Assembly (NCBI GenBank): GCA_002708985.1 | Contig: PAPS01000033.1 | Span: 71,803 to 135,355 of the forward strand | Direction of reading: 5' to 3' | Length of the DNA: 63,553 nucleotides | Source of the DNA: Saprospirales bacterium | Lineage (GTDB): Bacteria; Bacteroidota; Bacteroidia; Chitinophagales; UBA8649 | Part shown: piece after piece, positions 28,968 through 39,016 of the stretch | Numbering within the stretch: the first letter of the stretch is position 1 | How the letters are laid out: the number at the start of each line of letters is the position of its first letter | Notes under the pieces: model-generated | Database searches by the model: none | What the model was told of the DNA's origin: nothing | Seen by the model: only the letters and a program-made list of their open reading frames with translations | Position numbers and translations under genes: made by a program

Positions 28968-30019
28968 ACTCGTTCTTGATTGTTGGGGAATCTTCCTTTA
29001 CGGAAAACATTTCGCCTGCCTGATATTACTTCGGCCTCTTTCCGCTTTTTTCGCCATATGGATTGTTTTTCCTCTGACCAGGTAATGACTTTCGTGCATG
29101 TATCTGAACAGCAGGCATTATAATCTTCTGCACAAGAAGGACATTGGATAAAGAGTAAATTACACCCAACATTAGCACAATTTGTATGGTCATCGCAAGG
29201 TGATCCACACTGATGACATGTACTGAGGATATCTTCGCTGATGCGTTCACCTAATCGGTGATCGAAAACAAAATTCTTCCCCTTAAATTTATTGTCAAGC
29301 CCCTGAGCCTTCGTTTCATGGGTGTAATGGATAATGCCTCCCTCCAATTGGTAGACATTGTTGTATCCTTTATGCTTAAACCAAGCGCTGGCTTTTTCGC
29401 AACGAATGCCTCCTGTGCAATATAACAGGACCTCTTTGTCCTCATTGGATTGTAGGATAGTCTCTTCAATGAAAGGGAGTGAATCTCTGAAATTATCAAC
29501 GTCTGGTGTTACGGCGTTTTCAAAACGACCGACTTCATGCTCATAGTGGTTGCGCATGTCGATAACAATCGTATGCTTATCATGAAGCTTTTCGTTGAAT
29601 TCACGGGCGTCCAAATGCCTTCCTTTATTAGTCACATCAAAGGTGTCATCATTTAAACCGTCGGCTAAAATTTTGTTTCTGACTTTTATAGTGAGTTTGT
29701 AGAAGGAAAGGTTTTTTTCTTCCACGGCATAATTATGCCGAATCTCTTTTAAAAAAGAGATGTTTTTCATCGTGCTCTCCCAAGCCTCTTTTGATTCAGT
29801 AGGGTAGGAAATTTGTGCATTGATTCCTTCCTGGGCAACATGCACTCTGCCAAGCACTCCGAGGGGCTCCCAAGCATTGTAGAGATGATCTCGAAAAACT
29901 TGGGGATTACCAATATGCGCATAAGCGTAAAAAGAGAGCGTATACATAGGCTTTCCTTCGCGTCGACGCTCTTCGATTAACTCCTTTCGATTTTTGGTGT
30001 TATGCAATGCTTTCCCCAT
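28964..30019 (-). CDS. trhO: Oxygen-dependent tRNA uridine(34) hydroxylase (YceA/UPF0176 rhodanese)
   Basis: GRVHVAQEGINAQ, DMRNHYE, YCTGGIRCEKAS and GKNFVFDHR motifs; Cys-rich C-terminus. Confidence 0.9.
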   Translation of the reverse strand: MGKALHNTKNRKELIEERRREGKPMYTLSFYAYAHIGNPQVFRDHLYNAWEPLGVLGRVHVAQEGINAQISYPTESKEAWESTMKNISFLKEIRHNYAVEEKNLSFYKLTIKVRNKILADGLNDDTFDVTNKGRHLDAREFNEKLHDKHTIVIDMRNHYEHEVGRFENAVTPDVDNFRDSLPFIEETILQSNEDKEVLLYCTGGIRCEKASAWFKHKGYNNVYQLEGGIIHYTHETKAQGLDNKFKGKNFVFDHRLGERISEDILSTCHQCGSPCDDHTNCANVGCNLLFIQCPSCAEDYNACCSDTCTKVITWSEEKQSIWRKKRKEAEVISGRRNVFRKGRFPNNQERV

Positions 30020-30027
30020 TCCGTTAA

Positions 30028-30035
30028 CAAAGATA
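30028..30035 (-). promoter_or_regulatory. -7 element TATCTTTG upstream of trhO (very short leader)
   Basis: TAnnTTTG match 8 nt upstream of the ATG. Confidence 0.5.
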
Positions 30036-30077
30036 CACCTCTTTCCGCGTATTTAAAGGCGATGAGCGTTTGCTCCC

Positions 30078-30725
30078 TTAAGGATAGAATTTGTCCATAG
30101 CGTGAATGATCCACTGGCTTACCTCGAGCATATCTATATCTTGACCAAGTTGATCTTGCATTGAGGTAATCGAGGCATTACGAATTCCGCAAGGGACAAT
30201 GGCATTGTAATAGGATAAGTCTGTATTTACATTTAAAGCAAAGCCGTGCATGGTAACATAGCGACTTGCTCGAACACCAATGGCACAAATCTTTGCGTTA
30301 CCAACCCAAATTCCAGCTCCCTTATTACTTCGATGGCTATTGATTCCATAGTGCGAGAGCACAAACATTATAGCCTCTTCAAGACGCTCAATATGATGTT
30401 TTAAGCCTATGCCGTGTTGTTCTAAATCAAAAATTGGATAGCCCACCCATTGGCCATGTCCATGAAAAGTAACTTCCCCTCCACGATTGGTTTTATATAC
30501 TGGGGCAGGAAGTGACTGGGTATTGAGTAGAAAATTGTCTTCCACTGTGCGTTTTCCAATGGTATAAATTGGATCATGCACGCAGAGGATACAATATTCA
30601 TCTTTTGTTTTTACTGATGCTTCAACAACTTGCTTAGCCTTTATCAGCGCATTAAAAAGCTCTTCTTGTTGACAGAGGACAACATCATATTTTTGGGGCG
30701 TGTCGTTGACTAGATAGGACCGCAT
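30078..30725 (-). CDS. lipB: Lipoyl(octanoyl) transferase
   Basis: HDPIYTIG, RGGEVTFHG, KICAIG, HGFALNV and IVPCGI motifs. Confidence 0.95.
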   Translation of the reverse strand: MRSYLVNDTPQKYDVVLCQQEELFNALIKAKQVVEASVKTKDEYCILCVHDPIYTIGKRTVEDNFLLNTQSLPAPVYKTNRGGEVTFHGHGQWVGYPIFDLEQHGIGLKHHIERLEEAIMFVLSHYGINSHRSNKGAGIWVGNAKICAIGVRASRYVTMHGFALNVNTDLSYYNAIVPCGIRNASITSMQDQLGQDIDMLEVSQWIIHAMDKFYP

Positions 30726-31501
30726 TAATCTTTTGGGTTATAGTAAGCCGCAAGACTTGCATTTAGACGTATGATTGCCTTAGCAATGGGGTGGCACTCA
30801 TTTAGCTTTCCTTGGTGCATGCGTTCGATAGCTAAATCGGCTTGTTCTATTTTATCTGGCCTAGCAAAAAGAAGGTGATGTGATGGATATTGAAATACTA
30901 GGGAGTCTACTTTATAGCCACCTTCCTCATAAAACAAAGACCAATCTTGTAGTCTCTTTTTACTGATGCTTCGAATCGCTGCAAAGCTAGGCATTAGCCC
31001 GTGAAGCTGATTTCCTTCGATATCTTTCAATATAAAAGCTTCTTGTATTTGGGGTGTTTGGGTCGTCATACTGGTTTTTCCATCGTGGTATGGGTCAGCT
31101 AGCTGACTTCCATAAACCGGTCCAATTTCAGCTAAGAGTATATATTTTTCTTGGCAGACCAAGTCTTTTTGGGGCAGTAGTGAGGCGTCTAGGAAAAGGC
31201 CCTTTCTAATATTCTTTTGAAGCTGCTCAAGATTTTCTTGATGGATAAAATAGACAGGCAATACATCGAAGAAATCCGAAGTCAAGGTGTACAATGCATG
31301 TTGTCGCTCAATGGCTCTTTCTGCTTCAATCTGTTGGGCCTTGCTTGGCAATCCTGATTCAAAATAGGCTCTGCTCGCCCGGGCATTGCCTTGAATAACA
31401 TAGACTAAGGCGGTAGAATCCTGAGGGTAAGTGATTGCCTGACTCTGAATTAACCATGGACTCAAGCAGAGCATTAGCGCAATATACTTTACAAATCCCA
31501 T
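30725..31501 (-). CDS. Hypothetical secreted protein
   Basis: Signal-peptide-like N-terminus; overlaps both neighbours in an operon-like arrangement. Confidence 0.7.
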   Translation of the reverse strand: MGFVKYIALMLCLSPWLIQSQAITYPQDSTALVYVIQGNARASRAYFESGLPSKAQQIEAERAIERQHALYTLTSDFFDVLPVYFIHQENLEQLQKNIRKGLFLDASLLPQKDLVCQEKYILLAEIGPVYGSQLADPYHDGKTSMTTQTPQIQEAFILKDIEGNQLHGLMPSFAAIRSISKKRLQDWSLFYEEGGYKVDSLVFQYPSHHLLFARPDKIEQADLAIERMHQGKLNECHPIAKAIIRLNASLAAYYNPKD

Positions 31502-31707
31502 ACGGAGGGTCTCTTTTTTCGAAAGTAGCTGCGTATTTCAAACCAAAAACCAAGGACAAAGTAGAGTATTATAGGACTTCCAAGGGTAAAAAATGATACG
31601 TAGACAAAATACATCCTAACCGTACGGCTAGGGATTCCTAGCGGCCCTGCTAACGCATTGCACACGCCGAAAGTTGTATTATCAAACCATTCCCGAAATG
31701 GCTGCAT
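31489..31707 (-). CDS. PspC-domain membrane protein
   Basis: FGVC...LGI....VRMYFVYVSFFTLGSPIILY pattern. Confidence 0.85.
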   Translation of the reverse strand: MQPFREWFDNTTFGVCNALAGPLGIPSRTVRMYFVYVSFFTLGSPIILYFVLGFWFEIRSYFRKKRPSVWDL

Positions 31708-31731
31708 GGAGTATTTCGTTTTACTTAAAAA

Positions 31732-32472
31732 TTATTCTTCACCTTCTTCTGCAGCCTCTCCTTGCATAAGCTCAGTTACTGCAGCATAGTTTTGTTTTGG
31801 AAGGATGAATTCTGGGTCTGCTTGGCTTGCTGATTCAAAGAGTTTGATAGCATTCGCGTAGTCCTCTTGCTTTGCTAGCATTAGCCCAACCATATTTAGG
31901 CTTGCAGCAAGAAGGGATGTACGCTGTTGTTGGTTTTCTCCGACGACTTGAGGCACAGCAATACCGCTTGATGCGCTATCATTAATGATGGCTGTTAGGG
32001 ACTCCAAGCACTCAGAATTCCGTTGTAGTTGGTACTGTAGATTAGCAATTTGCCACAGATAACCGAGGCTAGGGAATTCAGCATTAAGCATTTCCAGCTC
32101 TTCAATAGCTTCTTTGGGTTGATTGCTTTGGTTATATACTTCTGCAAGTACCTCTTTTACCATTCTCGTGTCTCGTCCATCCTCTCGTAACTGCATAGCT
32201 AGATTGTAAGACTGAAGAAGGCTTCCATTTGTACTGTAGAGCATTAATAGTGTATCCCGGTAAGGACTTTCCTTACCGTCAATACTGACTACATAATTCA
32301 AGCATGAAATTGCCGTAATGAAGTCGTTGAGCTCTAGGGCATGTTTATAGGCTGCCACATGCATGGCAGACCGCGAAGGCAACTCTTCGCTTTGACCTCC
32401 GCGTTTATTCCGCTGACCTTGCATTACATTAGCTGTTGTCACAACCAACAAAAAAAGGATAAATCTTTTCAT
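31732..32472 (-). CDS. Secreted TPR-repeat protein
   Basis: Signal peptide; helical repeats such as LNMVGLMLAKQEDYANAIKLFESASQADPEF. Confidence 0.75.
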   Translation of the reverse strand: MKRFILFLLVVTTANVMQGQRNKRGGQSEELPSRSAMHVAAYKHALELNDFITAISCLNYVVSIDGKESPYRDTLLMLYSTNGSLLQSYNLAMQLREDGRDTRMVKEVLAEVYNQSNQPKEAIEELEMLNAEFPSLGYLWQIANLQYQLQRNSECLESLTAIINDSASSGIAVPQVVGENQQQRTSLLAASLNMVGLMLAKQEDYANAIKLFESASQADPEFILPKQNYAAVTELMQGEAAEEGEE

Positions 32473-32482
32473 AAGTATATGT

Positions 32483-33304
32483 TCAATTTGTTAAGGTAAT
32501 ATTTAGTGCACATTCCTTTTGCATTTTTTCTGCGGAAAGTTGCACACTTGTTTGAAAGTCAGCATCTAAATCACTGTAAATAATGCTTCGTGTTGAATTG
32601 ATTAATAATCCTCCTCGAGAAGTTCCCGCCGATTGAATAACCTCAGAGACGCTTCCCCCTTGAGCACCAACACCTGGGACTAGAAATATAGCCTCAGGGG
32701 CTTTTTTTCGTAGCGCTTTAAGCTCGTCAGGCTTGGTCGCTCCTACGACGTACATAAGTTGCTCTGCATTTGGCCATTGTTGGGATGATGTAAGTATATG
32801 GTGTCCTAGTGATTGGCCTTGTACCAATTCTTGCTCTAAAAAGTCTTTACTTCCCGGATTACTTGTCATGGTTAAGAGTATAGACCATTTGTCCTTGTAA
32901 TTTAAAAAAGGTGCGATAGAGTCATAACCCATTAACGGACTTAAGGTGATAGCATCAAAATCCATCGTTTCAAAAAATGCCTTAGCATATTGCTTACTTG
33001 AGTTGCCAATATCTCCGCGTTTAGCATCAGCGATACTTAGTAAATTGTGATCTTTGATTATTTCGGCTATTCTTGGCAATGCATCCCACCCTGAGCTTCC
33101 AAAGGCTTCAAAATAGGCTATGTTTGGTTTAATGGCTACAGCAAAAGGGGCCACTGTTTCAATAATAGTTTTACTAAAGCCAATAAGTGAATCTGTGGAA
33201 TAATTTTGGTAGCGCGCGGGCATGAGTTCTTGGATGGGATCAATACCCACACAAAGCATAGATTTTTTTTCGAATATTTGATCTTCTAAAGCGTTTCTAT
33301 TCAT
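32483..33304 (-). CDS. pyrF: Orotidine-5'-phosphate decarboxylase
   Basis: LCVGIDP, KPNIAYFE, DAKRGDIG and LVPGVGAQGG motifs; start 33304 overlaps the nfu stop (ATGA). Confidence 0.95.
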   Translation of the reverse strand: MNRNALEDQIFEKKSMLCVGIDPIQELMPARYQNYSTDSLIGFSKTIIETVAPFAVAIKPNIAYFEAFGSSGWDALPRIAEIIKDHNLLSIADAKRGDIGNSSKQYAKAFFETMDFDAITLSPLMGYDSIAPFLNYKDKWSILLTMTSNPGSKDFLEQELVQGQSLGHHILTSSQQWPNAEQLMYVVGATKPDELKALRKKAPEAIFLVPGVGAQGGSVSEVIQSAGTSRGGLLINSTRSIIYSDLDADFQTSVQLSAEKMQKECALNITLTN

Positions 33305-33540
33305 TGTACTGCAATCACTGATTGGATTGATGGAAATGTATCTTTCAATGTTTTTTCGATACCTACTTTCATCGTCATAGTACTCTGTGCACAAGTCAGG
33401 CACGCGCCAAGCATTTTAACCTCAACCGTCCCTTCTTTGGTTATTCTTACCACTTCGACATCCCCCCCGTCACGCTCAAGATAAGGCCTGAGTTTGTCTA
33501 AGGCGGAATTGATCATTTCTAATGTGGGTAGTTCACTCAT
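33301..33540 (-). CDS. NifU/NfuA-type Fe-S carrier
   Basis: LRPYLERDGGDVE...GACLTC (CxxC). Confidence 0.93.
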   Translation of the reverse strand: MSELPTLEMINSALDKLRPYLERDGGDVEVVRITKEGTVEVKMLGACLTCAQSTMTMKVGIEKTLKDTFPSIQSVIAVQ

Positions 33541-34625
33541 CCTACAGGTGGTAAAGAGTTTGATGGTTTCTTCTTCACTTGGGCATTTCTCAAGGCTAGA
33601 ATTTGTGCGCTAGCACCTGCAATTTTATCAATATAACTAAATTGTTCTTCGGTTAGGGAAGAAGCTAGGCCATCTCCGCGCTCACGCATAGTCATAGTGA
33701 AGGGTAGATGCCCTAAAAAAGGTAGATCATATTCTTTGGCTAGATGCATCCCTCCATGTTCTCCGAAAAGAAAATATCGCTCATCAGGTCTATCTGTGGG
33801 ACTAAACCATGCCATGTTTTCAACAACGCCTAAAATGGGCACATTGATTTTTTCCATTTGGAACATACCGATAGCTTTTCTGGCATCAGCTAATGCCACA
33901 CGTTGTGGGGTTGTAACGAGGACTACTCCATTAATTTTTGTGTGTTGTAGAAGGCTGAGCTGCACATCTCCCGTGCCCGGCGGAAGATCAATAATGAGAT
34001 AATCAAGTTTGCCCCACAAAACATCTTGTATAAACTGTCGAAGTGCCGAGGATACCATTGGCCCTCTCCAAACGATGGCTTGACGCTCATCGACGAGCAT
34101 ACCGATTGACAACACTTTGAGGTTGTCGACCTCTACAGGTATGATATAGTTCTTCCCTTTGATTTCTCGGGATTCGGGGAAGGCATTATCTAATCCAAGC
34201 ATAGTTGGCAGGGACGGACCGTAGATATCAGCATCGAGTAAACCTACTTTAGCCCCAGTCCTCACAAGGGCTCTTGCCAACTCTGTGCTTACCGTAGATT
34301 TCCCGACTCCACCTTTTCCAGAGGCCACGGCAATTACGTTTTTTACATTGGGCAGGGTATCTACGCCAATCCGACCTGATTGGACATTAGAAGTCATGGT
34401 TATCTCGACATTAAGGCTGCTATCGAACTCTTGGATTGCTAGAAGGCATTCCTGCTTGATCTTTTCTTTAAGTGGGCAGGCTGGGGTAGTTAACTCAACC
34501 TCAAAGTACACGTTGGATCCTTCCACCTGGATATTTTTAATCATGTCAAGCTCGACAAGGCTTTTATTTAAATCAGGGTCTTTCACCTCGCGCAACGCAT
34601 CAAGTAACTGCTCCTTCATAATCAT
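33537..34625 (-). CDS. mrp: Mrp/NBP35 Fe-S carrier ATPase
   Basis: ELTTPACP, SGKGGVGKST, DADIYGPS, WRGPM and DLPPGTGD motifs. Confidence 0.95.
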   Translation of the reverse strand: MIMKEQLLDALREVKDPDLNKSLVELDMIKNIQVEGSNVYFEVELTTPACPLKEKIKQECLLAIQEFDSSLNVEITMTSNVQSGRIGVDTLPNVKNVIAVASGKGGVGKSTVSTELARALVRTGAKVGLLDADIYGPSLPTMLGLDNAFPESREIKGKNYIIPVEVDNLKVLSIGMLVDERQAIVWRGPMVSSALRQFIQDVLWGKLDYLIIDLPPGTGDVQLSLLQHTKINGVVLVTTPQRVALADARKAIGMFQMEKINVPILGVVENMAWFSPTDRPDERYFLFGEHGGMHLAKEYDLPFLGHLPFTMTMRERGDGLASSLTEEQFSYIDKIAGASAQILALRNAQVKKKPSNSLPPVG

Positions 34626-35710
34626 TATTCAAAGGTATAATCTTCTCCTTGGATATTAATATGCCAACGAAATCGATTTTCACGATATAAGACCGCTTGA
34701 TTAATTTGATCAAAATCTGTGGCAATTCGACTGGAAATAGAATACTTCTCTCCTTGGGAAAAGCCTTTTAGTCGTCCATTGATATCCTGATAGACTATAA
34801 GATTATTATCGATGGTAATCTCATCTGGCATGTAGGATTCTAAACGAGTGATTTCCCCTTTGTAAAAGGTGAAGAAAAAGCCATTTCGGTCAGACCAAAC
34901 GAGCTGGTTTTCCTTGAGCTCATAGGATAATGGTCGGTAGGCTAGAAGAGGATAAGACACTCCTTGGTAAAACACATTAAAGCCTCCTAAATCATCATAA
35001 AAGGTTACTAATTCATCGCTTACATCAAAGCCTCCATTGGTATTATAAGTGAGCGTGTAGAGTTCATCTTCATACCAAACCTGGAGGTCGCCAATTCCTG
35101 TTTGAAAGGCTACAAGGTTTTGGCCAGCGGTAAATGCAGTTGGCTGGGTAGGCCAGACGATGTATTGTTGGCCACGGCTGAATAATTTCAGTTGTTTGTT
35201 TATATCAAGATAGGCCAAACTATTATTGCTGATGCTTGCCGTGTAGATATTCCAACTCTCTAAGGTCTGAGCGCTGTCAGTTTGGTATACATTAAAGCGA
35301 TTATAGACATCGTTGTAGGCTACAATAGAATCAGATACCCATAGATCTTCTTGAAGTGCCCAGCTTTCTATTTGATGCAACTTGTTTCCCTCTAACAGAA
35401 AGATTTGACTTCCAAATTGATAGGCTAAAAAATGATCGGTTGAGTAGACATTCGGCCTATTCAGGGATAACTCATGTTTTTCACCACCGAAATACAATTG
35501 GAATCTGCCTCTTGGGTCAAAGTAGGCGAGGTAGGCGTTCCCCACAAAATATTCATCTACAGGTTGAAACTCTAGCTGCTCAAATACCCCTTCGTCAAAA
35601 ACATAGAATCGATTGAAATTGTCATTAAAAGGATAGAGAAATTGACCAAATCCTTTGACTAATAGAGCAGAGAAAAAAAGAACTAGATAGAGAGTCTTTC
35701 GATTAGTCAT
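34625..35710 (-). CDS. Secreted hypothetical protein built of about ten 35-aa beta-rich repeats
   Basis: Signal peptide followed by repeats starting LAYFD/LAYQF/VAYND/LAYLD/VAFQT/VTFYD/LVWSD/IVYQD at about 35-aa spacing. Confidence 0.8.
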   Translation of the reverse strand: MTNRKTLYLVLFFSALLVKGFGQFLYPFNDNFNRFYVFDEGVFEQLEFQPVDEYFVGNAYLAYFDPRGRFQLYFGGEKHELSLNRPNVYSTDHFLAYQFGSQIFLLEGNKLHQIESWALQEDLWVSDSIVAYNDVYNRFNVYQTDSAQTLESWNIYTASISNNSLAYLDINKQLKLFSRGQQYIVWPTQPTAFTAGQNLVAFQTGIGDLQVWYEDELYTLTYNTNGGFDVSDELVTFYDDLGGFNVFYQGVSYPLLAYRPLSYELKENQLVWSDRNGFFFTFYKGEITRLESYMPDEITIDNNLIVYQDINGRLKGFSQGEKYSISSRIATDFDQINQAVLYRENRFRWHINIQGEDYTFE

Positions 35711-35720
35711 GGCATAGTAT

Positions 35721-35749
35721 AAACAAAAGGCGGACCAAAGTCCGCCTTT
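35721..35749 (-). terminator. Intrinsic terminator after the PorE-like gene
   Basis: AAAGGCGGAC-CAAA-GTCCGCCTTT hairpin; TTTTGTTT tail on -. Confidence 0.8.
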
Positions 35750-35774
35750 CTTACAATTTGTTTGTCATTCTTCT

Positions 35775-37823
35775 CTAGAATGTTCCTTGTGGGTCAGTAT
35801 CTTCATACTTGATTTCAATGCCATCCTCTTCGGAGTTTACATCGTTAAGTAGTCTGAAGGTTACACGACGGTTTTTCGCTCGACCTGCAGGATTATCTTC
35901 ACCGGCTGCACTTTCGTTATCAGCAATTGGACTAGATTCCCCTTTACTGATTGTCATAATGCGATCAGCTAGATCAACACTATCTGCCATCCCTAAGGCC
36001 ATTAAGTAGTCTTTTGCGGCGTTAGCTCGTCGCTTTCCGAGGGCATCATTATAGTCATCAGTACCGCGGCTATCCGTATGTCCTGCAATTTGTAGAATCC
36101 AATCCGGGTGCTCGACAAGCACGCTGTACAGAGAATCAAGCTCTACTTGGTAAAACTCCGCGATGTCTGATTGATCAAATGCGAAGTAGACCGGTTTAAC
36201 GGTTATCGTTTCTCGGATAATTGGATCCATGAGGTAAATCATAAATAAGGTGTCTTCTACCAGCTCGAAAGCTGAACCATCTATTTCGGTTACACTTTGG
36301 TAATATCCTTCCGCATCTCCTACAACCTTGATATTGCTTGCGCCAACTTCATAGACAAGCGAATTGCCTCCTTCCGTTACATCTTCACCAATCATTTCTA
36401 TACTTCCATTGATATCCATGTATGTACTTGCTGAAACCCCATTGATAGGTGCTTGACTAGCATCATTACGTGAGGCAAAGTATCCACTTAAGAAAAGTCC
36501 AGAATTCATTTCAACCTCGAATACATCATCGCAACAAGTTTCTCCTCTAGAGGAAGTAGTGCCCACTCGGTTGGAAACCATGTACCCTTTTCTTCCACGT
36601 TCATCTAATGCGAAGTAGATATCATCCGTAGCGCTATTAATTGGCGCTCCTGCATTCGTTACCTCACTTATCCAATTTTCTAAATTTCCGTCGACGAAAT
36701 AAACATCGAAACCACCCATACCTGGATATCCCAGTGAACTGAAATATAGTCTCTGATTTTGATTGTCGTAGTATGGACTGAATTCGTCAAATTTGGTGTT
36801 AACCTCTTTGAGATTGGTCGGATTTGAAAAAGTTCCATCTTCTAACATAGAAGTGTACCAAACATCAAGTCCACCCTGGCCACCTTCTCTATTAGAAACA
36901 AAGTATAATACTTCATTATTGTCGCTGTCATATCCTAGACTAGGTTGGGTCGTAGTAAAGTCCTCACCATTCAGTTCAACGATTTCTTGGGACTCGCCCC
37001 AATCGTTTCCAATTTTACTCGATTTGAATAGGCGACACTGCATGGCACCTACACCATTAATTTCAGTACATCTTGTGTAATAGAGCGTCTGGCCGTCATC
37101 GGAAATTACGCCATTTCCAACGTGTGCACCCATCTGGTTAATGTCATCATCAAGTCTTTCCTTAGTCCAAGAATCACCGGACTTCCGTGCGATAAATAGC
37201 TCAGCGTAATAATCATTGCTTTCGGAAATTTCATAGTCATAATTGATAACACTATCATTGACCATCGAACCTACAAGCATTGTGTTTTCATCTATAACTT
37301 TTGGAGCTAAGTCTTGGAAGTTAGAGTTCACGCCCTCACCAAGTGAGGAGACTGAGGCTAGCTCCATAGAAGACAAGCTATCCATCAATTCAATGCCGCC
37401 GAGGTTTAGCTGAGCTCTCTCTCTTAACACACGAATTCCATCATCTGAAGTCTCTTTTGTATTGATTAAGAATTGGTTGAAATGATAAGCTGCCGAATCA
37501 TATTCTCCCTGCATTTGAAGTGCCTCTGCATAGTAATAGCGTGCATCAGGCCAAGCTTTTTCATTGGCAGTTGTCGTTTGACCAAAGTACTCTGCCATAG
37601 TAGAATAATCTCTCATGGCCATATTTGCCGCACCAATTTGGTAAGTGAGCCTTGTATTATTAGGCTTCTTTTCCGTAGCAGGAATATAGTATTCTGTGGC
37701 ATTATAGTAACTGCCCTCCTCAAAAAGACGGTCAGCGGTTTTGATCATTTTTCGAGTCTTACAGCTAGATACGACAAGCGCAATGCTTACAGTAAGAAAA
37801 AATATACGTTTTGCACTAAACAT
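35775..37823 (-). CDS. PorE-like OmpA-family lipoprotein
   Basis: Lipobox VSSC, TPRs, LYFVSNREGGQGGLDVW, GHTDSRG and NRRVTF motifs. Confidence 0.9.
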   Translation of the reverse strand: MFSAKRIFFLTVSIALVVSSCKTRKMIKTADRLFEEGSYYNATEYYIPATEKKPNNTRLTYQIGAANMAMRDYSTMAEYFGQTTTANEKAWPDARYYYAEALQMQGEYDSAAYHFNQFLINTKETSDDGIRVLRERAQLNLGGIELMDSLSSMELASVSSLGEGVNSNFQDLAPKVIDENTMLVGSMVNDSVINYDYEISESNDYYAELFIARKSGDSWTKERLDDDINQMGAHVGNGVISDDGQTLYYTRCTEINGVGAMQCRLFKSSKIGNDWGESQEIVELNGEDFTTTQPSLGYDSDNNEVLYFVSNREGGQGGLDVWYTSMLEDGTFSNPTNLKEVNTKFDEFSPYYDNQNQRLYFSSLGYPGMGGFDVYFVDGNLENWISEVTNAGAPINSATDDIYFALDERGRKGYMVSNRVGTTSSRGETCCDDVFEVEMNSGLFLSGYFASRNDASQAPINGVSASTYMDINGSIEMIGEDVTEGGNSLVYEVGASNIKVVGDAEGYYQSVTEIDGSAFELVEDTLFMIYLMDPIIRETITVKPVYFAFDQSDIAEFYQVELDSLYSVLVEHPDWILQIAGHTDSRGTDDYNDALGKRRANAAKDYLMALGMADSVDLADRIMTISKGESSPIADNESAAGEDNPAGRAKNRRVTFRLLNDVNSEEDGIEIKYEDTDPQGTF

Positions 37824-37849
37824 AAAAGGTAGTTATGAGGGTCTGGTAA

Positions 37850-38908
37850 TTAGAATCTTGGGTTAAATAGATATCGATCTTGAGGAACCTTTGGGTTGTT
37901 AAATCCAAAATAACTCATGGAAATCTCGAATGCTGTAGGAATTTTACCCAAAGCTACATCGGTGTCGTCTCTCAATTGAGAAAGCGTTAGGTCATACGCA
38001 GCAGATAGGCGAATGCGGTTGTATTCAAGACCACCTTTGATGATGGCTGCATCACCCACTCGATACCATGCACCAAGGAAGCCGATGAGATCTTTAGATG
38101 GATCTTTTGCGAAGTCATAACCAAAGGTTGAACCAACGTTTACTTCTTTGTTTCCAATGTCATTGACTTGGTATAAGAATCCTGGAAGAACATAGAAACG
38201 ATTGAACTGCATGTCGAGCCCCCCATGACCAACATATCGTCTTGGTAAAGAATTGTCATCGTCGCTTCCGGTGGAGATAAAGTCATCTAGTGGCCGTGTG
38301 ATATGTAAAAATGATCCACCAACGTACAACGTGATGTCTGAATTGATTTGAGCGTCAAAAAGTAATCCCGCATTAACATCAAAAAAGCTGTTGGTGCTTG
38401 AAGCAAGACCATTTGTTTGCTCCATGCTCATGTCCGCAATGGTTCCATCTAGACCGATCTGATCTGCAAAGATTGAATTAACATCCAAGCTGCTGCTGTT
38501 GTAAACTCCCTGTAAACCAAATGCTAGATGATATTTATTTCCTCGGTCTAATCCTTTATGATAGGCTAAGTTAACTCCAGCTTGATATCGCTCAAAGATT
38601 CCATCTTTGTCATATACAACGTGAGCTCCAACACCTAGGGCATCGGTGGATAGCTTGTCCTTGAGTAAGGAAAAGTCAACTGAGGCGGAAGGTGTCATAA
38701 ACACGGCTTCACCACCATTGACATTACGCCATTGGTCTCGATAAATTGCTGTTGCCCGATAGTAGCCATTAAATTTTCCAGTAAGTGCTGGATTCAACGT
38801 GAGGGGAGAGGCGTAATACTGAGAGTAGTGAATATCCTGGGCAAGCAGAGTTTTTAATGAAAAGAGACAGCTTGCTAAAATAAATAGGAAGAGAGATTTC
38901 TTGAGCAT
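37850..38908 (-). CDS. PorP/SprF-family T9SS membrane protein
   Basis: AQDIHYSQYYASPLTLNPALTG...YRDQW, AYDLTLS and AFEISMSY motifs; likely start 38908. Confidence 0.9.
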   Translation of the reverse strand: MLKKSLFLFILASCLFSLKTLLAQDIHYSQYYASPLTLNPALTGKFNGYYRATAIYRDQWRNVNGGEAVFMTPSASVDFSLLKDKLSTDALGVGAHVVYDKDGIFERYQAGVNLAYHKGLDRGNKYHLAFGLQGVYNSSSLDVNSIFADQIGLDGTIADMSMEQTNGLASSTNSFFDVNAGLLFDAQINSDITLYVGGSFLHITRPLDDFISTGSDDDNSLPRRYVGHGGLDMQFNRFYVLPGFLYQVNDIGNKEVNVGSTFGYDFAKDPSKDLIGFLGAWYRVGDAAIIKGGLEYNRIRLSAAYDLTLSQLRDDTDVALGKIPTAFEISMSYFGFNNPKVPQDRYLFNPRF

Positions 38909-39016
38909 TTGATTTATTTTCGATTTTGTAAAAATACAATTCATTTTTTGGTTCAACATTGAATCACTATGAACTCAATACCTATTCAATGCAATTTAAC
39001 GTTAATATAGTCAATT

